Of a stretch of 64,000 bases of DNA, positions 24,499 to 36,099 are shown one piece after another (the stretch's first letter is position 1; the number at the start of each line of letters is the position of its first letter). The stretch is from Octopus vulgaris (lineage: Eukaryota). The notes below the pieces were generated by a model that was not told where the DNA came from, made no database searches, and saw nothing but the letters and a program-made list of their open reading frames with translations. Made by a program: the position numbers and the translations under genes. The DNA is taken from contig OX597829.1 of assembly GCA_951406725.2 (NCBI GenBank), forward strand, positions 3,348,001-3,412,000, in the 5' to 3' direction.

Positions 24499-26114
24499 TT
24501 CCTGGTTAAGAACTTTACTTTGCAACCACATGATTTCAGTTTAATCCCATTGAACAGCAGCTTGCATGAGTGCCATTGACTATAGTCCCAGACTGACCAA
24601 CGCCATGCAAAAGAATTTGATAGATCGAAATTTCAGGAAGTGTGTATATGTACACACACACACACACACACTCAGCACTCTCTCTTCACCTGAGATAGCC
24701 ATGTTTCCTCCTAGTGCATGACTCCTTTTTTTTTGACCCACAATACTACTCACCCTCTTCAACTGAGGGGTCCTCTCTTGCAAGTTACTTGGTGACCTCA
24801 CAGCTTCTGGTGCCACATAATAAGCATTCAGTACATTCTGTAAAGTGGTTGGTGTTAGGAATGGTCACCAGCCATAGAAACGAAGCCAAAACAAGCAGCA
24901 AACTGGTGCTGTTTTCTGACCTATCAGTTCCTGTAGCATCGTCCAACCCATGCCAGCATGGAAAAGGAACATTAAATGATGATGATGATAGATTTTTCTT
25001 TGGTTAATTCTGATAAATATTCACCAGTTTGATCATTTAAATCAGCAATTAGTGAATGCTTATCAACAGGATAAGCTTTCACTAATTACCTACAGTCATT
25101 ACATCATGTGATCTGAGATGTACTACAATTGAATGAAAATTGGTTAGGATGCCTTTGATCAACGGTTTACTCATTCAGAGCTCATCTAAGATGAAGCAGT
25201 GACAACAACATCAATAACAACAGCAACAACAGCAGCAACAACAACTGGACACTCTGAGTCTTTGGAGCTACTTTTTCTTTTTGCATATCCAAATAGTTCT
25301 GGATATTAATCAATGCGACCTTCCTTTTTCAAAATGCTGGAGTGCTATGATTACAGGGATATTTGACTTCTGTTTCTATAAGGACAAGTGATTCTATTGA
25401 TGCTCATTTATTGGCTCAAGTAAATACAGACTTATTCAGTATTGATCATGTTGTGTAAATAAAGGAAGGTTTGTTGATTTGAAAGCCTGTAGTTTGAAGC
25501 GAAATGAAGGCCAATAAAAAGCCTGTCCTTCCTTTTTTGATTGCACAGTGAACGAAAAGGATTAGCATGTGTGCTTATCTTTGACCTTCATATAAACTGA
25601 TGTTGGCAGATACAACTTGATTTAGGTCAAGAATGTTGTCGTTATACATTGGTATGTCCAAAAATTACAGCAAAATATATAATAAATGAATGTAAAAAAA
25701 ACTGATGTACACCCAAACACACACACACTCACACACACACAAACACACACACACACACGTACACACACACACATACAGATGCATATACTAGAATGTTATC
25801 TGGTATATGGTAGGTGACTTTGAAAGTGTACATTTGTCACCATAAGAAATAGTGGGAAATACAGTGTACATGCAATAACTATGATCTAACTTTTGATCAA
25901 ATTTGTTGGTGCTTATACAAAATGCTGAGATGAATAACTAAGCTTTAAAAGAAATATATTAATGACATTAAAATGAGATTAAATAAAATAAAATCAACCG
26001 GGTGTTCATGACTGAAAGTGGGCAGAAATGGCCTGAAAATGAGTTGGTCTTGTGATCCCATCATCTGCTGGAGGATGGTTGCTGTTTGCTTCCCAGTTTG
26101 CAACATATACGGGG

Positions 26115-26413
26115 TGCAGGTAAAAGGGCGCCATTCGAGCGTGATCGTTACCAACGTCGCCTTACTGGCACCTGTGCTGGTGGCATGTGTTAAAGGATTC
26201 AAGCGAGGTCGTTGCCAGTACCACCTGACTGGCCCCCATGCCAGTGGCACGTAAAAAGCACCCACTACACTCTCGGAGTGGTTGGCGTTAGGAAGAGCAT
26301 CCAGCTGTAGAAACTCTGCCAAATCAAGATTGGAGCCTGGTGCAGCCATCTGGTTCGCCAACCCCCAGTCAAAATTGTCCAACCCATGCTAGCATGGAAA
26401 GCGGACGTTAAAC

Positions 26414-26447
<34 letters not shown>
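26115..26447 (+). mobile_element. RTE family A 3' UTR/tail
   Basis: Same UTR, palindrome and (GAT)n tail. Confidence 0.88.
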
Positions 26448-26492
26448 CAGGCTGCACCTATAACCAGCTTGTGAAAGCTCTGCCTGGGGTTA

Positions 26493-26582
26493 TGTTGTGG
26501 CAAGAGTCATGACACCCCCTGCGAGAATAGACTTGACCAAATGAATATAAATAGTAGCAGGCTGAGGGAGAGACAGAGTAGG
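26493..26582 (+). repeat. Truncated 5' LTR
   Basis: Aligns to the start of the 3' LTR (GAGTCA..ACACCCCCTG.GAGAATAGAC...TATAAATAGTAGCA). Confidence 0.88.
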
Positions 26583-29500
26583 AGCTCACATTGCAGAGCA
26601 AAGTTAGGAAGGTCAAACATAAAAAATTTTAAAGTTTTCTTAATGGAAAGTAGAAGCAACATCAAAAAGAGGAAATTTGTATATGTAAAAGTAAATGAAG
26701 TGAATATTAAATTACAAATAGATGCTGGTAGTGACATCTTGATTATTAATACCTACACGTGGAAAAGAATTGGGAAACCTATGTTAAGAAAACCATCAAA
26801 AATTGCACGAGGAGTGACAGGTGAAAAACTACACTTTGCATGTGAAATTTGGAGTGATATCACATTTCAGGGAAAAATCTGTAGAGCAAAAGTTTTCGTG
26901 GTAAAAAACGCAATCAATCTGTTCAATACGGACTAGTTGGAGTTGCTTAAAATTTGTTTCCTGATGTGCTGTTGGATAAATTAGACCTCTGTTCTAAGAC
27001 TGAGGCCTGTTTTCAAATAAAGGAAAATGTCATACCTGTATTCAAATCTAATGGACAGGTACCATTTGCTGTGATAAAGCAGGTAGAGGAAGAATTAGAC
27101 AGACTGGAGTAAATGGAAATTATTCAAAGAGTAGATTATTCTAAGTGGGCAGTACCAATGTGTATCACAAAAAACCAAAAAACCAAATCAGAGTGTGTGC
27201 TGAATTTTCTACTGGTTTGAATGATTGTCTAAAAAGGTACCACTATCCACTACCTACTCTGGAGGATACTTTTGCAAAATTAAATGGTGGCAAATTATTT
27301 TTGAAACTGGATTTGTCTGATGCATGTCTACAAATTAAAGTAGACGAGGAATGCTCAAAGCTTCTAACAGTGAACACGCAAAGAAGACTATACAAATATA
27401 ATAGTTTGCCATTTGGTCTGAAGGTCGCATCTGCAATATTTCAACAGGTTATGGATGCGATGTTGTTGGACTGTCAATTGGCACTTCCATACCTTGATGA
27501 TATATTAAAAGCGAATCTCGTGGTCAGCATATCGAACATGTGAAGTGGGTTTTTTCAAAAACTAAGAGATTATGGTTTCATACTCAGTGAGAAGAAATAT
27601 GAATTCTTTTTGCCTAAAATTAAATATTTAGGACAAATTATAGATAAAAATGGAAGATGACCTGATCCGTTTAGGGCAGACACAAGTAAAAATATGTCTC
27701 CCCCAACTAACATAGCAACATTACAAGCTTTTCTTGGTCTTGTGAACTATTATCAAAACTATATGCCAAAGATTTATGAATTGAGAGCTCCACTTAATAA
27801 TTTGCAAAAGAAAGCCACCAAATGGGAACGGTCAAATAACTGTCAAAAGGCATTTCAGGATATTAAAAAAATACAAATTTCAGAGTTGTCACTGGCTCAC
27901 TTCGATCCTGCAGTGGAGATTGTTGTAGCTTCTGACACTTCTGAATATGGTGTATGAGCAGTTTTGCTACACAAATATAAAGACAGTAATATAAAGGTGG
28001 TGGTTTATGCCTCATGTGCTCTAATTGCAGCAGAGAAAAACTACAGTCGGAGAGGGAAAGAAGTTCTAGTGATTATTCTTGCTGTGAAGAAAGTTTCACA
28101 GATTTCTCCATAGCAGAAGTTTTCAGCTTCAGATGGACTAACAACCACTACTATCAATTTTCAGATTGAAGAAAGGAATTCCTACCCATTCAGCTAACAG
28201 ATTACAATACTGAGGTACAATATTGTTAAATTACAGCTTTAAGATGGAGTACATTCCATCAAAGAAAATTGGCCATGAGGATTATTTGTCTAAACTAATT
28301 CCGAAGAATGTGGAACTGCTGGAAGATACAGTGATAGCTGCATTACAATCAGAAAAGAAAATTAAAAACGTTATGAGTAATGTCATTCAGGAGTTGCCAT
28401 TGACTGTACAAGATATAAAAAGTAAATCAGTGGAGGACAAATACATCATAAAAATGAAGGAAACATTGAAAAACAAACAAAAGAGAAGCATGAATGCGAA
28501 CCATTTTTCACTCTGCGATGATGTATTAATGTACGCACAAAGAGTGATAGTCCCAACTGCACTACAGAAATAAATATTACATGAATTTCATAGTGGACAC
28601 TCGGGGGTGTCAAGAATGAAAGCTTTAATGAAGAGTTACGTGTATTGGCTGATAATGGACTGGGACATTGAAAATTTGGTAAAATCATGTAGAGGCTGTG
28701 ATGGCCTGAGATGGATAGTCCAGGGTACATATTGACTATGCTGGGCTAGTGAATGGCACCTACTATTTGATCATTGTTGATAGTTTTACGAAGTGACTGG
28801 AAGTATGTAGGTGCAGTCAACCTACCTCAAAGACAACAATAAAGTTCTTGCATGAACTTTTTGCTTGATATGGTGATCCAGACACCATAGTATCAGACGA
28901 TGGAACACAATTTACAGGATATGAGTTCAAAGAAATTCTGCAAAATGCATGCAATCAAGCACATGTTTACCCAGCCCTGATACCCAAGATCAAATGGGCA
29001 AGCAAAACGATTTGTAGATACGTTCAAGCAAGTACTAAAAAAAAAGCAAGGAACGAGTTAGGAAATGACAAAGTGCCAACTAAATTCTTAGGGGTGTACA
29101 GAATTATCCCAATCTAAATACCAGTTCAGGCAAATTGCCTGCAGAGCTAATATTCACTCAAAAGATTAAATTGATCTTCAACAAATTGTTGCCAAAGGAA
29201 AAAACATAGAGAGAAAATATGAAAAATTCAACTAAACATTTTGATGTTGGAGACAAAGTCCATTTCAAAGAATACAAGAACTGTAAAGAGAGTTAGCAGG
29301 ATGGGGTAGTAACTAAAAGGATTGGAAACATGACGTATTTAATAAACGACCAACGATGGGAGCATAAATGACACCTAAATCAATTAAAAATCAGACATAC
29401 TGAAGAAAGGAAGGAAATTCCAATGGAAGTGTTTTATGACATGTTTGATGTACCAGCATCAAAAGAGATTGAGCCTAGAAGGAGCAGTAACAGAAAACGT

Positions 29501-29656
29501 AAAGGACCAAACATTTAGAAATAATTCTTCAGTGGAAATGGTACTGAATTTCCTAGGGAAGCAAAATATCAAAAAGGAAGAGGTTTTGGAAAGAAAGGGA
29601 AAAAAAAAAAAAATTAATTTTGTTTCTTACAGAAGTTGAAATCTCAAAAGGGGAGA

Positions 29657-29929
29657 TGTGGAAAGAGTCACAACACCCCCTGTGAGAATAGACCTGACTG
29701 AATGACTATAAATAGTAGCAATTCTGAGTGAGAGACTGAACAGGTGTTAATCGCAGGAAGTCGTAAGGTGTCATTTTGGCAGTTTGCCAGAATATCATTT
29801 GTTGGTTCATGTATAGTTAGTGGAGAATTTGTTGGATTGTTACATTTTTGTTACCCTGCTTTGTTGTATGTTTTATTATTACTACATGGTTATAGAGTAA
29901 AAAGTATCATAACAATTGGCAATACAACA
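29657..29929 (+). repeat. 3' LTR (~270 bp)
   Basis: Follows the PPT, contains TATAAATA and ends CAACA before the TSD. Confidence 0.88.
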
Positions 29930-30332
29930 GGTTAAAATGGTAGCAACATCAAACATATTGATGTGGCGATTAATTTCACTTGTTAAAATAAAATTTTCAT
30001 TTGTATAATATTTGCCACAAATAACTAATATGTTAACGTGCTAATGATAAATTCCTATGGTGTAAAAAATCTGTCACACTGTAGAAAAGAGATGGTAAAA
30101 GTGTGTGTCCGTAGAGAGAGATCCAAATAATTGCAACTAGCATATGCTTACATATACACTTTCATACCTGTACAAATGTTATTGGCACACACACACATAC
30201 ACACACACACACACGCATATACATACACAGATGATAATTAGCTGTGTGTGTATATGCATGTGTGACAAAGAAGGGTAATCTGTATATGTGTACATACCAT
30301 TAGTGTATGTATGGGAATGTATTGGAATATAA

Positions 30333-30545
30333 AAGATGGTGAACTGGCAACATCGATAGTATGCCAGGCAAAATGATTACCAGCATTTCAGCCCTCTTCA
30401 GGTTCTGAGTTCAAATTCTGCCAAGGTCAGCTTTGCCTTTCATTCTTTTATGGTCAATAAAATAAGAACCAATTGAACATTGTAGTTGATGTAATTGACT
30501 TACTCCACTGAGATTGTTGTTCTGTGAACAAATCTGAAATCAATA
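30333..30545 (+). mobile_element. CORE-type SINE, diverged
   Basis: GTTCTGAGTTCAAATTCTGCCAAGGTCAGCTTTGCCTTTCATTC matches the 9289 copy. Confidence 0.8.
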
Positions 30546-30782
30546 TACAAGGATTTTAGGAAAAATATTGTTTACTCTCAAGTTATAACTGAGTAAAATG
30601 TTCCATTTGGCAGTTTCAGTTATTTGTTAAATTTATTCCATTTTGTTGTGTTATAACTATATAATTAGATACTGTAAATACATACATACATACAAATATG
30701 TGTGTGTGTTTTAAATAAAATAAGATAAGATAACAAGGCCAAGGCAATGTGATATTTCTAGGACATTTATAAAGAGATAGGT

Positions 30783-30833
30783 GGTCTTAACAGCTGTTTC
30801 AGGGAAATAAATGATATCTCATCATCAGAGACG
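30783..30833 (-). ncRNA. Hammerhead-like motif
   Basis: Minus strand: GTCT-CTGATGA-tgagatat...tttccct-GAAAC-AGCT-GTTA-AGAC. Stem I is GTCT/AGAC; related to the 14215 motif. Confidence 0.65.
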
Positions 30834-30937
30834 AGTTAAGAGAGTTTCAATAGAAGGGATTAGAAGAGTTCGTTATATAAAAAGTTACTTTGGAAAGGGA
30901 GAGATAGAGAAAGTATAAAGGGAAATATGAAAATATA

Positions 30938-31156
30938 AAACAATAGCATACTAGCTGACCTCTGTGGATATTTCTTGGTTTAATGAGAAACAACCATTAA
31001 ATATTAAAAATCAATACGGCATTTTTTAGTGTTTTATATATATAAATATAGCTTATAAATAAAACAGTAAAAATGCTATATTGATTTTTAATATTTAATG
31101 ATTGTTTCTAATTAAACCAAGAAATATCTACAGGGTCAGCTAGTATGTTATTGTTT
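30938..31156. repeat. Near-perfect ~100-bp-arm palindrome (fold-back)
   Basis: AAACAATAGCATACTAGCTGACC... versus ...GGTCAGCTAGTATGTTATTGTTT with a short AT-rich loop. Confidence 0.9.
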
Positions 31157-31414
31157 CCATAAATTTTATCAACATAATCGCAGTCTACTCCATTGAAAAA
31201 TCTATCTGCAAAATTTCAGTAAAAAAAACATATGTATTTTTCAGGAAGTTATAAGGCACTCATCCTGCCCCTCTTATATTAAGTCTTTCTCTCTCTGTCT
31301 CTATTCTACTTCTTCCTCCTCTCTATATGATGCAAAGAATAATTGGAAACAAATCATTCAACCAGCCAACCAACCAACCAACCAACAAAACAACTATCTT
31401 TTATATATACTAGC

Positions 31415-31448
<34 letters not shown>

Positions 31449-31699
31449 CTCTCTCCCCCCCTTTCCTTCTCTCTCTCTTTCTCTCTCTCTCCCCTTATGC
31501 TTTCCCTTTTTTTTCTTTCTGAAGGTGGACTCATGTTCAAAATATCAAGGCACTCTGTACTCTTTTCCAGTACTTATCTCAAGTATTAAATGAATATCAT
31601 AGTCATTGTATTTTGTACTTTGTGTATAACTGTTGTTAACTTTACATCATATACATAAATACATATATACATGCACACATACATACATACTCACACATA

Positions 31700-32800
31700 A
31701 TTTCCGCATAAACAATGACATAGACTGTCTCTACCTAAAATGTAAACAAGGCTTAACATCAATCCAAAATGCCTTTGAATGTCGCATCATATCCCTTTGG
31801 CAACATCTTTTAACCACCGAGCATCGAAATGCATCCCTTGACCAAGTTTGCATAACATCATAAGACTTGGAAGGTAGCTCCTTGAGCAACACCTAGAATA
31901 CATGCCTAATGACTCTACCACAAAGTATCATCAGATGAAAGGATGAGCCTATATGAGCAGAAAACTATGCATGGATATGTTAGTAGAAGGCTCCGTGATG
32001 ATAGTAACATTGACCATTAAAGCAGTTTATAACAGAGGAATAGCCGGATTATTACCTCCTACTTTGAAGGGTATGCGTTTGCAATCCAGGAAAGGAAATA
32101 TCAACCAAGTACCTGATGTACAAAAGGGATAGAGATGCAGGAAAAGCCGTAAAATGTGACAACAGATGCAGTCTTTGTGGCGTTCACACTGAAGATATCA
32201 CCCACATCATAATCAGTTGTCCAAAAATATCATCACAGTATTATCTACTGATGAGACATGACGTTGTAGCTATGAAACTCTATAATGAAATCCGTCAGAA
32301 GAGTAATCCCGAGGACAAAGAAATAAGAACCCACAATATGGTAGAAGCCATAGCCACTCATAATAAAAAAGAATACTGGTGGAATGTACCAGTGAAGGCC
32401 TCAATAAAATGTAAGCACAACAGACCTGATATAATGATTAGGAATAAAAAAAAAAGAAGAGAAACTATGCACAGTAGTGGAAATTAGCTGCCCAGCAGAT
32501 GTTAACATAAAGTGAAAAAGAGAATGCCTATGCTGAACTATTGAGAAATCTGCAGTTACTCTATCCTGATTATAAGTTCAGGTTTATACCTGTAATTATT
32601 GGGGCCCTGGGATATGTAACAACTGCCTAAATACCAATCTTGAGAAATTAGGCTTCTCTAAACCAGAAAGGAGAAAGCTAATTTGGAGACTACCGATCCA
32701 ATCCATCACTGGAACTGTTAAAATCTGTAAAACTTTCCAGAAGTTTATCATTTGAATATATAGGAGCATGTCTAGATATGTAACTATATGCATGAGAATA
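31700..32800 (+). mobile_element. R4/Dong-like non-LTR retrotransposon 3' part (CCHC knuckle plus restriction-like endonuclease), decayed
   Basis: ORF 32116..32487: CSLCG...EDITHIIISCP...RHD...NRPDIMI; downstream IPVIIGALG. Confidence 0.85.
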
Positions 32801-32819
32801 CATACATAAAACATAGAAA

Positions 32820-32925
32820 TCTGTACATACATACATACAGATATAAACATACATGCATATATATTTATATATGTATGTATATACATATATATGTGTGTGT
32901 GTGTATATATATATATATATTTGTG

Positions 32926-32986
<61 letters not shown>

Positions 32987-33052
32987 AATGCATGTTGTAT
33001 TTATATGTGTTTGTGTATGTGTATAAATGTGCGTGTGCATATACATATGTGT

Positions 33053-33112
<60 letters not shown>

Positions 33113-33135
33113 CTGTGTGTGTGTGTGTGAGTGTC
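32820..33135. repeat. (TA)n/(TG)n microsatellite
   Basis: Read directly from the sequence. Confidence 0.95.
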
Positions 33136-33284
33136 TGTGTAAATATATATAAATATTCTGCTTCAGAGGAGCTGTGAATTGCTGAAAATGCAGAATGTGT
33201 AAAATAAAGTATTTGCTCTTCAGTTATAATTAACTCACATGGAGTTCTTGGATTTCTTGTCTCCTTGATCTTTGATTCAAGAAT

Positions 33285-33316
<32 letters not shown>

Positions 33317-33963
33317 CGTGTTTGTGTATGTATGTATGTTTGCTTGCAAAAACAAGCATGCACAGATGCAGAGACACTGACACACAGACACATATACAAC
33401 ACAAACATACACACACAAACACACGGAGCCTAAATGTATGTAATAAAATTCTTCAGAAAGTGATTTTCTCTTTTTATTAATATGCATGAAAACTCTTAAT
33501 AACTAGCTTCTTAAATTCAAGGTCGGCCAAATCTGTTTGCAACCATGGAAGCTGGAGTGACATCATTGATTGAAGTAAAAGGTGTATATGTGAAAAAATA
33601 TCATATTTAATACATTTAAAGAAATATTTTGTTTAAAAAATTATGTATAGATTCAGTCGTAAATAAATGTGTGGATGATCTAACATAGAAGAGGATAAAA
33701 AAAGATATCACATTTAAACAAGATAGCTGAATTGAATATCAATGGAATATCGCATTTAACAAAAGCAAATTAAAATAGTTTTGCTGTTTTTGTGCCGAAC
33801 ATATTATTTTAGGTTCCATGAAATATTTTGGGGGAAAAGAATGTTGGAATTTACCAATGATAGACATAGGACTCTGACCTGTCTAAGAAGGAGGGTAGCA
33901 ACTCTGAATAAGACCTGACTCAGGCTTTGCAGTCTATGTCTGTATAGAAAAATAGAGAGAAAA

Positions 33964-34007
<44 letters not shown>

Positions 34008-34014
34008 ACTACTT

Positions 34015-34290
34015 CTGATCATCATCATCATCGTTTAATGTCCACTTTCCATGCTAGCATGGGTTGAACGATTTTGACTGGGGGCTGGCGAACCAGATGG
34101 CCACACCAGGCTCCAATCTTGATTTGGCAGAGTTTCTACAGCTGGATGCTCTTCCTAATGCCAACCACTCCGAGAGTGTAGTGGGTGCTCTTTACGTGCC
34201 ACCGGCACGGGGGCCAGTCAGGTGGCACTGACAATGACCTTGCTCAAATCTTTTTACACATGCCACCGGCACAGGTGCCAGTAAGGCGAC
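34015..34290 (-). mobile_element. RTE family A 3' UTR/tail
   Basis: (CAT)n tail and UTR match. Confidence 0.85.
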
Positions 34291-34862
34291 TGATGATCTT
34301 GATAACAATGATGATGATGATGATAATGATGAAGATGATCACGGTGATGGCGATATTGATGACAATGGCAGTATGGATGATGATGACAATGATAATGGTG
34401 ATGATAATGAACTTGATGATGGCAATGATGATGATCTTGGTGACAGCAACAACAACGAGGATGATGACAATGATAACGATAACAAGGAAGTTGTTGTAGA
34501 GATGATGATGATGATGAGCAGGAGGAATAACACTATTGTTATGCCTATTATGGTGATAAATATACAACAGATCGTTAAATAATTTAGAGAAAATTTGTCA
34601 TTTAAAACAGTTTTTGCTTTTCTGTCTTTACTTTGCTTGTTGTTCCTACTGTCATTCACATTTAATCCTCATTATCATCGCCACTACCATCACCACCACT
34701 GCTACTGCCACTGCCACCACCACCACCACCATTACCACCCCACCCATCCCACCATCACTGCCGCCACCGCCGCCACCACCGCCGCCACCGCCACCACCAC
34801 CACCACCACCTCTACCACTGCCACTACCGCTACCTATATCACTCCCACCACGATTGCTGCTG
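34290..34862. repeat. Degenerate (GAT)n and (CAC/CGC)n trinucleotide tracts
   Basis: Read directly; the source of the low-complexity ORFs in this region. Confidence 0.9.
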
Positions 34863-34865
34863 ATG

Positions 34866-35250
34866 CTTTGTTTGTTTGTTTGTTTGTTGAGCGAAGCGGT
34901 CTGCGTCCCATTAATGGTAGAAGTCCGAAACGTGGTCCTTTTGCTATTCGTAAGACCTGCAGAAGAGAAAGCAGGTCAACCCCCGACACCGAGAGCATCG
35001 ACGGATGGATGAATGCGAATCCAGGCTCAGCGGTTGCGTAGGAAGTCGGGGACAAGAAACAGGGAGAAAGAATGAGAGGAAGTTGTGACAAAAGAGTACA
35101 GCAGGGATCGCCACCACCCCCTGCTGGAGCCTCGTGGAGCTTTAGGTATTTTCACTCAATAAACACACACACAACGCCCGGTCTGGGAATCGAAACCACG
35201 ATCCTCCAATCGCAAGTCCGCTGCCCTAACCACTGGGCCATTGCACCTCC
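34866..35250 (-). mobile_element. tRNA-derived SINE family D, full length
   Basis: Minus-strand head AGGTGCAATGGCCCAGTGGTTAGGGCAGCGGAC...GGTTTCGATTCCC (A and B boxes) and (AAAC)n tail. Second copy at 41169-41537. Confidence 0.85.
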
Positions 35251-35640
35251 TGCTGCTGCTGCTGCTACCATCTATGCTCCCTTGGCCAATGCTGCCACTG
35301 CCAATACTGCGGCTGCCCAATGTTGCCACTGCCAGTGAAGCTACCAGTGCCACCACCAGCATCAGTGCCACTGCCCCTTCTACCACCACAGTAACCACAG
35401 TTGCTGTTGCCAATGCCATTGTTACTACCACTGCCCTCTCACAGCCACTATCCTTTCCCATTTCTGCTGCTGACGCTGCCACCATTGTTGTCATTGTCCT
35501 CTTTATTATCATTGCTGCCACCTTCCCTTAAGGTTTTTGATTAACTATTAAAACCACGACCACAGTACTCTTCCTTCCAACACAACATAATGGTGATACT
35601 GATGATGATGATGATGATGATGATATCCTCCTCCTCCTCC

Positions 35641-35862
35641 TAAGGCGGCGAACTGGCAGAAATGTTAGCATGCCGGGTGAAATGCATAGCCGTATTTCGT
35701 CTGCTGTTAGGTTCTGAGTTCAAATTCTGACGAGGTCGATTTTGCCTTTCATCCTTTCAGGGTCGATAAATTAAGTACCAGTTATGCACTGGGGTCGATG
35801 TAATTGACTTAATCCGTTTGTCCCCTCTGTGTTTAGTCCCTTGTGGGTAGTAAAGAAACAGA
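35641..35862 (+). mobile_element. CORE-type tRNA SINE, full length
   Basis: Closely similar to 9289-9525. Confidence 0.88.
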
Positions 35863-36099
35863 TGTCCTCGTCGTCGTCGTCATCATCATCATCCTTGCCA
35901 GCAGAAGCATTAATATCTTAATGTTTACATTCCATTTAACTCTGATCGGTGAACTACAAAGATAAAAATCCCCACAGTCAAATAAATAAAAGCTCCTACA
36001 CTGAGTTAATGTAATTGACTTGCCTCCTCCTCTCAAAACTGAACAGCCTTATGCCAAAATTTTATAGAAAATCAATGACAATTATTATTATTATTATTA

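Larger units (their letters stand above)
26493..29929 (+). mobile_element. Ty3/Gypsy LTR retrotransposon, internally deleted and decayed
   Basis: Order PR (LQIDAGSD), RT (KLDLSDA, LPFGL, YLDD), RNase H (VASDTSEYG), integrase (H..H..GVSRMK..SYVYW, VSDDG.QF). PPT AAAAGGGGAGA at 29646-29656; termini TGTTG...CAACA; TSD GGTTA at 26488-26492 and 29930-29934. Confidence 0.95.

Noticed and set aside
25549-25651. Plus-strand exon candidate (TTGCACAG...TTG|GTATGT)
   Set aside because: Stops in all three frames and no other support.
35175-35250. tRNA gene-like sequence (also 41465-41537 and 49612-49675)
   Set aside because: These are SINE heads continuous with SINE bodies; no complete cloverleaf.
34185-35531. 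Pro/Thr/His/Asp-rich ORFs resembling mucin or formin segments
   Set aside because: Low-complexity repeats interleaved with SINEs, with no splice or domain support.
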